A DNA stretch of 64,000 nt from Euglena gracilis (GCA_039621445.1 CP154954.1:1674001-1738000), one strand, 5' to 3'. Counted from the stretch's first letter, positions 19,750-32,735 are shown. The notes: generated by a model not told the origin, from the letters alone. Numbers and translations: made by a program.

Positions 19750-19944
19750 AGCCTTTCGTTCAACTTGCATGTGTTAAGCATAGCTAAATATTGCTTTTCG
19801 TTAAAATTGTAAGGCGTAGGTCTCCAAAACCTGATGTAGTAGGTTCGAATCCTACAAAGCGCGCTTTTAGTGTACACATTATAGTAAATGTGCCCCTTGC
19901 TTGGTCACCAAGAGGGTGAAAGGATTTGACCAACTTTGATGTTT
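19733..19944 (+). promoter_or_regulatory. Variant leader of the first rRNA operon (pseudo-trnI 3' remnant, antisense 16S insert, pseudo-trnW 19811-19863)
   Basis: Alignment to the leaders at 25628-25863 and 31552-31784. Confidence 0.8.
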
Positions 19945-20693
19945 TGGAAATGACGAGTTTGATCCTTGCTCAGGGTGAACGCTGGCGGTATGCTTAACAC
20001 ATGCAAGTTGAACGAAATTACTAGCAATAGTAATTTAGTGGCGGACGGGTGAGTAATATGTAAGAATCTGCGCTTGGGTGAGGAATAACAGATGGAAACG
20101 TTTGCTAATGCCTCATAATTTACTAGATCTATGTGAGTAGCTAGTTAAAGAGAATTTCGCCTAGGCATGAGCTTGCATCTGATTAGCTTGTTGGTGAGGT
20201 AAAGGCTTACCAAGGCGACGATCAGTAGCTGATTTGAGAGGATGATCAGCCACACTGGGATTGAGAACGGAACAGACTTTTACGGAAGGCAGCAGTGAGG
20301 AATTTTCCGCAATGGGCGCAAGCCTGACGGAGCAATACCGCGTGAAGGAAGAAGGCCTTTGGGTTGTAAACTTCTTTTCTCAAAGAAGAAGAAATGACGG
20401 TATTTGAGGAATAAGCATCGGCTAATTCCGTGCCAGCAGCCGCGGTAATACGGGAGATGCGAGCGTTATCCGGAATTATTGGGCGTAAAGAGTTTGTAGG
20501 CGGTCAAGTGTGTTTAATGTTAAAAGTCAAAGCTTAACTTTGGAAGGGCATTAAAAACTGCTAGACTTGAGTATGGTAGGGGTGAAGGGAATTTCCAGTG
20601 TAGCGGTGAAATGCGTAGAGATTGGAAAGAACACCAATGGCGAAGGCACTTTTCTAGGCCAATACTGACGCTGAGAAACGAAACGAAAGCTGA

Positions 20694-20725
<32 letters not shown>

Positions 20726-20818
20726 TTGGCCGTAAACTATGGATACTAAGTGGTGCTGAAAGTGCACTGCTGTAGTTAACACGTTAAGTATCCCGCCTGG
20801 GGAGTACGCTTGCACAAG

Positions 20819-20899
<81 letters not shown>

Positions 20900-20967
20900 A
20901 GGATTTGACAGGATCTAGGAGGAAGTTTGAAAGAACGCAGTACCTTCGGGTATCTAGACACAGGTGG

Positions 20968-21019
<52 letters not shown>

Positions 21020-21279
21020 CCTTTTTTTTAATTAACGCTTGTCATTTAGAAATACTGCTGGTTATTACCAGAGGAAGGTGAGGACGACGTCAAGTCATCA
21101 TGCCCCTTATATCCTGGGCTACACACGTGCTACAATGGTTAAGACAATAAGTTGCAATTTTGTGAAAATGAGCTAATCTTAAAACTTAGCCTAAGTTCGG
21201 ATTGTAGGCTGAAACTCGCCTACATGAAGCCGGAATCGCTAGTAATCGCCGGTCAGCTATACGGCGGTGAATACGTTCT

Positions 21280-21316
<37 letters not shown>

Positions 21317-21436
21317 TGGCTGTGCCCGAAGTTATTATCTTGCCTGAAAAGAGGGAAATACCTAAGGCCTGGCTGGTGACTGGGGTGAAGTCGTAACAAG
21401 GTAGCCGTACTGGAAGGTGTGGCTGGAACAACTCCC
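19945..21436 (+). rRNA. rrs: 16S rRNA, variant copy with 9-nt deletion and 5-nt duplication
   Basis: GAGTTTGATC, GTGCCAGCAGCCGCGGTAA, GTACACACCGCCCGTC, AAGTCGTAACAAGG. Confidence 0.97.
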
Positions 21437-21522
21437 TTTAGTTTTTTAACTAAAAAAATGTATAGATTGAAAACAATGAAAAATAAAAAAAATAAGTAGG
21501 GAAACCTCTTATTTTTCCAAGA

Positions 21523-21596
21523 GGGCTATTAGCTCAGTTGGTTAGAGCATACCCTTGATAAGGGTAAGGTCGCTAGTTCAAGTCTAGCATGGCCCT
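21523..21596 (+). tRNA. trnI: tRNA-Ile(GAU)
   Basis: Cloverleaf, anticodon GAT, in the 16S-23S spacer. Confidence 0.96.
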
Positions 21597-21605
21597 CTTG
21601 GTTTT

Positions 21606-21678
21606 GGGGGTATAGCTCAGTTGGTAGAGCGCTGCCTTTGCAAGGCAGATGTCAGCGGTTCGAGTCCGCTTATCTCCA
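21606..21678 (+). tRNA. trnA: tRNA-Ala(UGC)
   Basis: Cloverleaf, anticodon TGC. Confidence 0.96.
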
Positions 21679-21694
21679 AAAAGGTTTTGATGTA

Positions 21695-23616
21695 GGTTCA
21701 AATGAACAAGGGCTTATGCGGGATTGCTTGGCATTTAGAGTCGAAGAAGGGCGTAGAAATTAACGATATGCTTTAGGGAGCTAAAGACGAGCTTTAATCT
21801 AAAGATTCCCGAATGGGGCAACCTATTACTTTAACATTACAATGAAATGGTATACAAATAATGTAGAGAACTTGGTGAACTGAAACATCTTAGTAGCCGA
21901 AGGAAAAGAAAGCAAAAGCGATTTTCTTATTAGTGGCGAGCTAACGGAAATCAGCCTAAACCTTTATGGGTGTTGTGGGTATATTATAATTACTGAAAAA
22001 GATAGAGAATTTGTTGAAAACAAAATCAAAGAGGGTTTTAAATCCCGTATTTGTTTTTAAAAAGTAATTTTTGATTTTCCCGAGTAGCATAGAGCACGTG
22101 GAATTCTGTGTGAATCAGCGAGGACCATCTCGTAAGGCTAAATACTCCTAAATGACCGATAGTGTACGAGTACCGTGAGGGAAAGCTGAAATAGAACACT
22201 GAGAAGTGAGTGAAATAGAATATGAAAGCATAAGTTTACAAGCAGTAGGAGATCTATTTAAAGATTGACTGTGTGCCTGTTGAAGAATGAGCCGGCGACT
22301 TATAGGTGATGGCAAGGTTAAGGTTTTTCCGGAGCCATAGTGAAATCGAGCTTAAATAAAGCGAAAAACTTTCTTCTTGAAAGTTTATGTCATTGCTTAT
22401 AGACCCGAACCCAGGTGATCTAATCATGGTCAGGTTGAAGTTTTGGTAAAACAGAATGGAGGACCGAACCCACCAATGTTGAAAAATTGGGGGATGAACT
22501 GTGATTAGGGGAGAAATTCCAATCGAACTTGGAGCTAGCTGGATCTCTTCGAAATGCGTTGAGGCGCAGCGTTTAATTATGGTAAACATTAGGGGTAAAG
22601 CACTGTTTCGATGCGGGCTATGAAAATGGTACCAAGTTGTGGCAAACTCTGAATACTAAGTTATATTTCAATTAATCAGTGAGACAGTGGGGGATAAGCT
22701 TCATTGTCAAGAGGGAAACAGCCCAGATCACTACTTAAGGCCCCTAAATAATTACTAAGTGGTAAAGGATGTACTATTACATAGACAACCAGGAGGTTGG
22801 CTTAGAAGCAGCCATTCCTTTAAAAAGTGCGTAATAGCTTACTGGTCAAGTGATAGTGCGCCGAAAATGAACGGGACTAAGTAATTTGCCGAAGGTGTGA
22901 GAGAAATCGGTAGAAGAGCGTTCTGTGTTGAAGAGAAGGAATAGTGAAAATAGTTCTGGATTAAACAGAAGTGAGAATGTCGGCTTAAGTAACGAAAACA
23001 TTGGTGAAAATCCTATGCTCCGAAAACCTAAGGTTTCCTTAGCCAGGTTCGTCCTCTAAGGGTTAGTCAGGTCCTAAAATAAGGTTTAACAACGTAAATT
23101 GATGGATGACAGGTTAATATTCCTGTACCGAATGCTCACTTGTAAGGAGTGACGAAAAAGGCTAGATCGGCCACGTGATGGTTTGTGGTTTAAGGGTTCA
23201 AGAGGTATCAAATATTAAAAAAAATATTTTGTCTTAAGGCCTGAATAGTATAAATACTACGGTATTGAAAGTGATTGATGTCATGTTTCCAAGAAAAACT
23301 TTTGTTTATGTATAGTGAGCTCGCCTGTACCGTAAACTGACACAGGTAGGTTAGTAGAATATACTAAGGAGCGCGAGATAACTCTTTCTAAGGAACTCGG
23401 CAAAATGACTTCGTAACTTCGGAAGAAGAAGTACCTCTAATGAGGTGGCAGAAAAGAGGTCCAAGCGACTGCTTACCAAAAGCACAGGTCTCCGCGAAGT
23501 TGAAAAACCATGTATGGGGGCCGAGGCCTGCTCAGTGCAGGAAGGTTAAAGAAATTGGTTAGCGTAAGCAAAGCTAGTGACTGAAGCCCCTGTGAACAGC
23601 GGCAATAACTATAATT

Positions 23617-23669
<53 letters not shown>

Positions 23670-24157
23670 TTAACGATTTGGACACTGTCTCAGAAAGAGA
23701 CTCGGTGAAATAGAATTGACTGTGAAGATGCGGTCTACTTGCACTTGGACAGAAAGACCCTATGAAGCTTTACTGTATCCTGAAATTGGTTTCGGGCTTT
23801 TTTTGCGCAGAATAGGTGGGAGGCTATGATCTTGTCTTTTGGGATACGGGGAGCCGAAAAATGAGATACCACTCTGAGAAAGCTAGAAATCTAATCTTAA
23901 TCTTATGTACAATCATGATAATTGACAGTTTCAGGCGGGCAGTTTTACTGGGGCGGTAGCCTCCTAAAAAGTAACGGAGGCGTACAAAGGTTTTCTCAGG
24001 CTAGACGGAAATTAGTTGTGGAGTGTAAAGGCATAAGAAAGCTTGACTGTGAGACTTATAAGTCAAACAGAGACTAAAGTCGGTCTTAGTGACCCGACGG
24101 TGCTGTATGGAAAGGCCGTCGTAAACAGATAAAAGTTACTCTAGGGATAACAGGCTG

Positions 24158-24217
<60 letters not shown>

Positions 24218-24234
24218 ACCTGGGGCGGTAGTAC

Positions 24235-24269
<35 letters not shown>

Positions 24270-24585
24270 TACGTGAGCTGGGTTCAGAACGTCGAGAGAC
24301 AGTTCGGTCCATATCCGGTGTGAGCGTTAGAGTATTGAAAGGCGCTTTCCTTAGTACGAGAGGACCGGGAAGGACGCACCACTGATGTACCAGTTTTTGT
24401 GCCAACAGAATACGCTGGGTAGTCAAGTGCGGAGTGGATAACTGCTGAAAGCATATAAGTAGGAAGCCCACCTTAAGATAAGTACTCTTCATAGGTCACG
24501 GTAAGACGAACCGTTTGATAGGTATTAGGTGTACAATTGGTAACAATTTTAGCCGAGATATACTAACCGACCGAAAATTTTTTCC
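21695..24585 (+). rRNA. rrl: 23S rRNA (ends approximate)
   Basis: GAACTGAAACATCTTAGTA, CCTAAGGTAGCGAAATTCC, sarcin-ricin AGTACGAGAGGACC. Confidence 0.97.
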
Positions 24586-24660
24586 TATATGAAAACAAAA
24601 CATTTATTTTTACTTGTCACTTTTTTAAGATTTAAAAGTTTCTTGAATGAACTTTTATTT

Positions 24661-24776
24661 TAGGGTGCTCTTGTCTTTATGGATCCACTTAAAACATTTC
24701 GAACTTGCAAGTTAAACATAAAGGGTAAATAGATACTTGAAAGGTTACTTTCCGGGAAAAGATTTTAGTGCCCTTA
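24661..24776 (+). rRNA. rrf: 5S rRNA
   Basis: ~116 nt with complementary ends (AGGGTGC/GTGCCCT) downstream of 23S. Confidence 0.88.
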
Positions 24777-25461
24777 TGGGAAGTTTAATTTATTTAATTG
24801 TCTCTTAGTGAGTTTATTTATTAATATTAACTCGATTTTCGAGTAATTTTTATGACTGCCGTTACGTTAGTGTTTTATTGCATGGATAAATGTATTGTGG
24901 TATAATTAAACCAAGGAATTTGTCAAACCACGTTTCCTTTAAGTTTGAATTTTTTTTGGCCAAAACATGATGCTTCCGAAAAAATAAGACAATCTGTTTA
25001 TAGAAATCAGTGAATTTCGTAATATTTTTCTTTTAAAATTTTAAACGATATGAATAATATCCTCGAGTGTTTGGAAAATGACTATGTTTCTTCGCTAATA
25101 TAAAAGATTAATCACAAAATTCAACAAGATAGGTTGAATCATAGTGAGAATATTAGGTAATCTTCTGATAAGAGTTTTATTTTGTTGTACATTATAGTTA
25201 TTGCTACTTTGTATTTGGTTCTTTGTGTTATGTGTGTGCTTTTTAGTTGTAAATTTTTTGCTAGTAAGAAGCGTGTCGTTCATTGTCGATTTGGACGAAT
25301 ATTTATAAAATGCTACAAGAGACCAAAATGTCTTTATACTTCTTATATTGCTGCTGAGTACCCTATATTTTGTGATATTGAAAAATATTAAGGTAAGGTT
25401 CCTAGACTTTCATACGTAAATGCTCATGCGCACAGTTTAGGTGTTATGCTTTTATCCCTGA

Positions 25462-25488
25462 TCTTGTGAATTCTTTTCATTCACAAGA
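25462..25488. other. 10-bp stem-loop in the inter-operon spacer (repeated at ~31386-31412)
   Basis: TCTTGTGAAT-7nt-ATTCACAAGA. Confidence 0.55.
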
Positions 25489-25627
25489 AATAACTTAGCT
25501 TAATTCCTAGTGTAAATTTTTCCGTACTTTAACGTGTGGCTGGGACAATTTTTTTATTTTTAATTAAAATACCGTATAAATTTTAAAAAATAAAAAAATC
25601 AAAAGGAAAATTTTTTATTTTTCAAAG

Positions 25628-25702
25628 ATCACTATTATCTTTTATTATTATAGAATACCTTTGATAAGGGTAGGGTCGTGGATTGAATCCTTGTATTAGC
25701 CA
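25628..25702 (+). pseudogene. pseudo-trnI in rRNA leader
   Basis: ATACCTTTGATAAGGGTAGGGTCG resembles the trnI anticodon arm; other arms decayed. Confidence 0.75.
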
Positions 25703-25726
25703 AATATTTCTTTTCTTTAAAATCCT

Positions 25727-25782
25727 AAGGCGTAGGTCTCCAAAACCTGATGTAGTAGTAGGTTCGAATCCTACAAAGCGCG
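25727..25782 (+). pseudogene. pseudo-trnW (3' two-thirds) in rRNA leader
   Basis: Matches trnW 62765-62813 apart from a 3-nt duplication and one substitution. Confidence 0.85.
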
Positions 25783-25863
25783 CTTTTAGTGGGCACATTA
25801 TAGTAAATGTGCCCCTTGCTTGGTCACCAAGAGGGTGAGAGGATTTGACCAACTTTGATGTTT

Positions 25864-26608
25864 TGGAAATGACGAGTTTGATCCTTGCTCAGGGTGAACG
25901 CTGGCGGTATGCTTAACACATGCAAGTTGAACGAAATTACTAGCAATAGTAATTTAGTGGCGGACGGGTGAGTAATATGTAAGAATCTGCGCTTGGGTGA
26001 GGAATAACAGATGGAAACGTTTGCTAATGCCTCATAATTTACTAGATCTATGTGAGTAGCTAGTTAAAGAGAATTTCGCCTAGGCATGAGCTTGCATCTG
26101 ATTAGCTTGTTGGTGAGGTAAAGGCTTACCAAGGCGACGATCAGTAGCTGATTTGAGAGGATGATCAGCCACACTGGGATTGAGAACGGAACAGACTTCT
26201 ACGGAAGGCAGCAGTGAGGAATTTTTCCGCAATGGGCGCAAGCCTGACGGAGCAATACCGCGTGAAGGAAGACGGCCTTTGGGTTGTAAACTTCTTTTCT
26301 CAAAGAAGAAGAAATGACGGTATTTGAGGAATAAGCATCGGCTAATTCCGTGCCAGCAGCCGCGGTAATACGGGAGATGCGAGCGTTATCCGGAATTATT
26401 GGGCGTAAAGAGTTTGTAGGCGGTCAAGTGTGTTTAATGTTAAAAGTCAAAGCTTAACTTTGGAAGGGCATTAAAAACTGCTAGACTTGAGTATGGTAGG
26501 GGTGAAGGGAATTTCCAGTGTAGCGGTGAAATGCGTAGAGATTGGAAAGAACACCAATGGCGAAGGCACTTTTCTAGGCCAATACTGACGCTGAGAAACG
26601 AAAGCTGA

Positions 26609-26640
<32 letters not shown>

Positions 26641-26733
26641 TTGGCCGTAAACTATGGATACTAAGTGGTGCTGAAAGTGCACTGCTGTAGTTAACACGTT
26701 AAGTATCCCGCCTGGGGAGTACGCTTGCACAAG

Positions 26734-26814
<81 letters not shown>

Positions 26815-26882
26815 AGGATTTGACAGGATCTAGGAGGAAGTTTGAAAGAACGCAGTACCTTCGGGTATCTAGACACAGGTGG

Positions 26883-26947
<65 letters not shown>

Positions 26948-27203
26948 TTTTTTAATTAACGCTTGTCATTTAGAAATACTGCTGGTTATTACCGGAGGAA
27001 GGTGAGGACGACGTCAAGTCATCATGCCCCTTATATCCTGGGCTACACACGTGCTACAATGGTTAAGACAATAAGTTGCAATTTTGTGAAAATGAGCTAA
27101 TCTTAAAACTTAGCCTAAGTTCGGATTGTAGGCTGAAACTCGCCTACATGAAGCCGGAATCGCTAGTAATCGCCGGTCAGCTATACGGCGGTGAATACGT
27201 TCT

Positions 27204-27241
<38 letters not shown>

Positions 27242-27360
27242 GGCTGTGCCCGAAGTTATTATCTTGCCTGAAAAGAGGGAAATACCTAAGGCCTGGCTGG
27301 TGACTGGGGTGAAGTCGTAACAAGGTAGCCGTACTGGAAGGTGTGGCTGGAACAACTCCC
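25864..27360 (+). rRNA. rrs: 16S rRNA
   Basis: Universal 16S motifs; intact CGCAACGAGCGCAACCC. Confidence 0.97.
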
Positions 27361-27446
27361 TTTAGTTTTTTAACTAAAAAAATGTATAGATTGGAAACAA
27401 TGAAAAATAAAAAAAATAAGTAGGGAAACCTCTTATTTTTCCAAGA

Positions 27447-27520
27447 GGGCTATTAGCTCAGTTGGTTAGAGCATACCCTTGATAAGGGTAAGGTCGCTAG
27501 TTCAAGTCTAGCATGGCCCT
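27447..27520 (+). tRNA. trnI: tRNA-Ile(GAU)
   Basis: Same as first copy. Confidence 0.96.
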
Positions 27521-27529
27521 CTTGGTTTT

Positions 27530-27602
27530 GGGGGTATAGCTCAGTTGGTAGAGCGCTGCCTTTGCAAGGCAGATGTCAGCGGTTCGAGTCCGCTTATCTC
27601 CA
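27530..27602 (+). tRNA. trnA: tRNA-Ala(UGC)
   Basis: Same as first copy. Confidence 0.96.
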
Positions 27603-27618
27603 AAAAGGTTTTGATGTA

Positions 27619-29540
27619 GGTTCAAATGAACAAGGGCTTATGCGGGATTGCTTGGCATTTAGAGTCGAAGAAGGGCGTAGAAATTAACGATATGCTTTAG
27701 GGAGCTAAAGACGAGCTTTAATCTAAAGATTCCCGAATGGGGCAACCTATTACTTTAACATTACAATGAAATGGTATACAAATAATGTAGAGAACTTGGT
27801 GAACTGAAACATCTTAGTAGCCGAAGGAAAAGAAAGCAAAAGCGATTTTCTTATTAGTGGCGAGCTAACGGAAATCAGCCTAAACCTTTATGGGTGTTGT
27901 GGGTATATTATAATTACTGAAAAAGATAGAGAATTTGTTGAAAACAAAATCAAAGAGGGTTTTAAATCCCGTATTTGTTTTTAAAAAGTAATTTTTGATT
28001 TTCCCGAGTAGCATAGAGCACGTGGAATTCTGTGTGAATCAGCGAGGACCATCTCGTAAGGCTAAATACTCCTAAATGACCGATAGTGTACGAGTACCGT
28101 GAGGGAAAGCTGAAATAGAACACTGAGAAGTGAGTGAAATAGAATATGAAAGCATAAGTTTACAAGCAGTAGGAGATCTATTTAAAGATTGACTGTGTGC
28201 CTGTTGAAGAATGAGCCGGCGACTTATAGGTGATGGCAAGGTTAAGGTTTTTCCGGAGCCATAGTGAAATCGAGCTTAAATAAAGCGAAAAACTTTCTTC
28301 TTGAAAGTTTATGTCATTGCTTATAGACCCGAACCCAGGTGATCTAATCATGGTCAGGTTGAAGTTTTGGTAAAACAGAATGGAGGACCGAACCCACCAA
28401 TGTTGAAAAATTGGGGGATGAACTGTGATTAGGGGAGAAATTCCAATCGAACTTGGAGCTAGCTGGATCTCTTCGAAATGCGTTGAGGCGCAGCGTTTAA
28501 TTATGGTAAACATTAGGGGTAAAGCACTGTTTCGATGCGGGCTATGAAAATGGTACCAAGTTGTGGCAAACTCTGAATACTAAGTTATATTTCAATTAAT
28601 CAGTGAGACAGTGGGGGATAAGCTTCATTGTCAAGAGGGAAGCAGCCCAGATCACTACTTAAGGCCCCTAAATAATTACTAAGTGGTAAAGGATGTACTA
28701 TTACATAGACAACCAGGAGGTTGGCTTAGAAGCAGCCATTCCTTTAAAAAGTGCGTAATAGCTTACTGGTCAAGTGATAGTGCGCCGAAAATGAACGGGA
28801 CTAAGTAATTTGCCGAAGGTGTGAGAGAAATCGGTAGAAGAGCGTTCTGTGTTGAAGAGAAGGAATAGTGAAAATAGTTCTGGATTAAACAGAAGTGAGA
28901 ATGTCGGCTTAAGTAACGAAAACATTGGTGAAAATCCTATGCTCCGAAAACCTAAGGTTTCCTTAGCCAGGTTCGTCCTCTAAGGGTTAGTCAGGTCCTA
29001 AAATAAGGTTTAACAACGTAAATTGATGGATGACAGGTTAATATTCCTGTACCGAATGCTCACTTGTAAGGAGTGACGAAAAAGGCTAGATCGGCCACGT
29101 GATGGTTTGTGGTTTAAGGGTTCAAGAGGTATCAAATATTAAAAAAAATATTTTGTCTTAAGGCCTGAATAGTATAAATACTACGGTATTGAAAGTGATT
29201 GATGTCATGTTTCCAAGAAAAACTTTTGTTTATGTATAGTGAGCTCGCCTGTACCGTAAACTGACACAGGTAGGTTAGTAGAATATACTAAGGAGCGCGA
29301 GATAACTCTTTCTAAGGAACTCGGCAAAATGACTTCGTAACTTCGGAAGAAGAAGTACCTCTAATGAGGTGGCAGAAAAGAGGTCCAAGCGACTGCTTAC
29401 CAAAAGCACAGGTCTCCGCGAAGTTGAAAAACGATGTATGGGGGCCGAGGCCTGCTCAGTGCAGGAAGGTTAAAGAAATTGGTTAGCGTAAGCAAAGCTA
29501 GTGACTGAAGCCCCTGTGAACAGCGGCAATAACTATAATT

Positions 29541-29593
<53 letters not shown>

Positions 29594-30081
29594 TTAACGA
29601 TTTGGACACTGTCTCAGAAAGAGACTCGGTGAAATAGAATTGACTGTGAAGATGCGGTCTACTTGCACTTGGACAGAAAGACCCTATGAAGCTTTACTGT
29701 ATCCTGAAATTGGTTTCGGGCTTTTTTTGCGCAGAATAGGTGGGAGGCTATGATCTTGTCTTTTGGGATACGGGGAGCCGAAAAATGAGATACCACTCTG
29801 AGAAAGCTAGAAATCTAATCTTAATCTTATGTACAATCATGATAATTGACAGTTTCAGGTGGGCAGTTTTACTGGGGCGGTAGCCTCCTAAAAAGTAACG
29901 GAGGCGTACAAAGGTTTTCTCAGGCTAGACGGAAATTAGTTGTGGAGTGTAAAGGCATAAGAAAGCTTGACTGTGAGACTTATAAGTCAAACAGAGACTA
30001 AAGTCGGTCTTAGTGACCCGACGGTGCTGTATGGAAAGGCCGTCGTAAACAGATAAAAGTTACTCTAGGGATAACAGGCTG

Positions 30082-30141
<60 letters not shown>

Positions 30142-30158
30142 ACCTGGGGCGGTAGTAC

Positions 30159-30193
<35 letters not shown>

Positions 30194-30508
30194 TACGTGA
30201 GCTGGGTTCAGAACGTCGAGAGACAGTTCGGTCCATATCCGGTGTGAGCGTTAGAGTATTGAAAGGCGCTTTCCTTAGTACGAGAGGACCGGGAAGGACG
30301 CACCACTGATGTACCAGTTTTTGTGCCAACAGAATACGCTGGGTAGTCAAGTGCGGAGTGGATAACTGCTGAAAGCATATAAGTAGGAAGCCCACCTTAA
30401 GATAAGTACTCTTCATAGGTCACGGTAAGACGAACCGTTTGATAGGTATTAGGTGTACAATTGGTAACAATTTTAGCCGAGATATACTAACCGACCGAAA
30501 ATTTTTTC
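27619..30508 (+). rRNA. rrl: 23S rRNA (ends approximate)
   Basis: Repeat of first copy. Confidence 0.97.
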
Positions 30509-30584
30509 CTATATGAAAACAAAACATTTATTTTTACTTGTCACTTTTTTAAGATTTAAAAGTTTCTTGAATGAACTTTTATTT

Positions 30585-30700
30585 TAGGGTGCTCTTGTCT
30601 TTATGGATCCACTTAAAACATTTCGAACTTGCAAGTTAAACATAAAGGGTAAATAGATACTTGAAAGGTTACTTTCCGGGAAAAGATTTTAGTGCCCTTA
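30585..30700 (+). rRNA. rrf: 5S rRNA
   Basis: Same as first copy. Confidence 0.88.
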
Positions 30701-31551
30701 TGGGAAGTTTAATTTATTTAATTGTCTCTTAGTGAGTTTATTTATTAATATTAACTCGATTTTCGAGTAATTTTTATGACTGCCGTTACGTTAGTGTTTT
30801 ATTGCATGGATAAATGTATTGTGGTATAATTAAACCAAGGAATTTGTCAAACCACGTTTCCTTTAAGTTTGAATTTTTTTTGGCCAAAACATGATGCTTC
30901 GGAAAAAATAAGACAATCTGTTTATAGAAATCAGTGAATTTCGTAATATTTTTCTTTTAAAATTTTAAACGATATGAATAATATCCTCGAGTGTTTGGAA
31001 AATGACTATGTTTCTTCGCTAATATAAAAGATTAATCACAAAATTCAACAAGATAGGTTGAATCATAGTGAGAATATTAGGTAATCTTCTGATAAGAGTT
31101 TTATTTTGTTGTACATTATAGTTATTGCTACTTTGTATTTGGTTCTTTGTGTTATGTGTGTGCTTTTTAGTTGTAAATCTTTTGCTAGTAAGAAGCGTGT
31201 CGTTCATTGTCGATTTGGACGAATATTTATAAAATGCTACAAGAGACCAAAATGTCTTTATACTTCTTATATTGCTGCTGAGTACCCTATATTTTGTGAT
31301 ATTGAAAAATATTAAGGTAAGGTTCCTAGACTTTCATACGTAAATGCTCATGCGCACAGTTTAGGTGTTATGCTTTTACCCCTGATCTTGTGAATTCTTT
31401 TCATTCACAAGAAATAACTTAGCTTAATTCCTAGTGTAAATTTTTCCGTACTTTAACGTGTGGCTGGGACAATTTTTTTATTTTTAATTAAAATACCGTA
31501 TAAATTTTAAAAAATAAAAAAATCAAAAGGAAAATTTTTTATTTTTCAAAG

Positions 31552-31626
31552 ATCACTATTATCTTTTATTATTATAGAATACCTTTGATAAGGGTAGGGT
31601 CGTGGATTGAATCCTTGTATTAGCCA
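31552..31626 (+). pseudogene. pseudo-trnI in rRNA leader
   Basis: Repeat of 25628-25702. Confidence 0.75.
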
Positions 31627-31650
31627 AATATTTCTTTTCTTTAAAATCCT

Positions 31651-31703
31651 AAGGCGTAGGTCTCCAAAACCTGATGTAGTAGGTTCGAATCCTACAAAGC
31701 GCG
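31651..31703 (+). pseudogene. pseudo-trnW in rRNA leader
   Basis: Matches the 3' part of trnW. Confidence 0.85.
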
Positions 31704-31784
31704 CTTTTAGTGTACACATTATAGTAAATGTGCCCCTTGCTTGGTCACCAAGAGGGTGAGAGGATTTGACCAACTTTGATGTTT

Positions 31785-32529
31785 TGGAAATGACGAGTTT
31801 GATCCTTGCTCAGGGTGAACGCTGGCGGTATGCTTAACACATGCAAGTTGAACGAAATTACTAGCAATAGTAATTTAGTGGCGGACGGGTGAGTAATATG
31901 TAAGAATCTGCGCTTGGGCGAGGAATAACAGATGGAAACGTTTGCTAATGCCTCATAATTTACTAGATCTATGTGAGTAGCTAGTTAAAGAGAATTTCGC
32001 CTAGGCATGAGCTTGCATCTGATTAGCTTGTTGGTGAGGTAAAGGCTTACCAAGGCGACGATCAGTAGCTGATTTGAGAGGATGATCAGCCACACTGGGA
32101 TTGAGAACGGAACAGACTTCTACGGAAGGCAGCAGTGAGGAATTTTCCGCAATGGGCGCAAGCCTGACGGAGCAATACCGCGTGAAGGAAGACGGCCTTT
32201 GGGTTGTAAACTTCTTTTCTCAAAGAAGAAGAAATGACGGTATTTGAGGAATAAGCATCGGCTAATTCCGTGCCAGCAGCCGCGGTAATACGGGAGATGC
32301 GAGCGTTATCCGGAATTATTGGGCGTAAAGAGTTTGTAGGCGGTCAAGTGTGTTTAATGTTAAAAGTCAAAGCTTAACTTTGGAAGGGCATTAAAAACTG
32401 CTAGACTTGAGTATGGTAGGGGTGAAGGGAATTTCCAGTGTAGCGGTGAAAATGCGTAGAGATTGGAAAGAACACCAATGGCGAAGGCACTTTTCTAGGC
32501 CAATACTGACGCTGAGAAACGAAAGCTGA

Positions 32530-32561
<32 letters not shown>

Positions 32562-32654
32562 TTGGCCGTAAACTATGGATACTAAGTGGTGCTGAAAGTG
32601 CACTGCTGTAGTTAACACGTTAAGTATCCCGCCTGGGGAGTACGCTTGCACAAG

Positions 32655-32735
<81 letters not shown>

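Noticed and set aside
25182-25391. 69-aa ORF in the inter-operon spacer (also 31106-31315)
   Set aside because: TTG start, no recognisable motif; recurrence explained by the operon repeat
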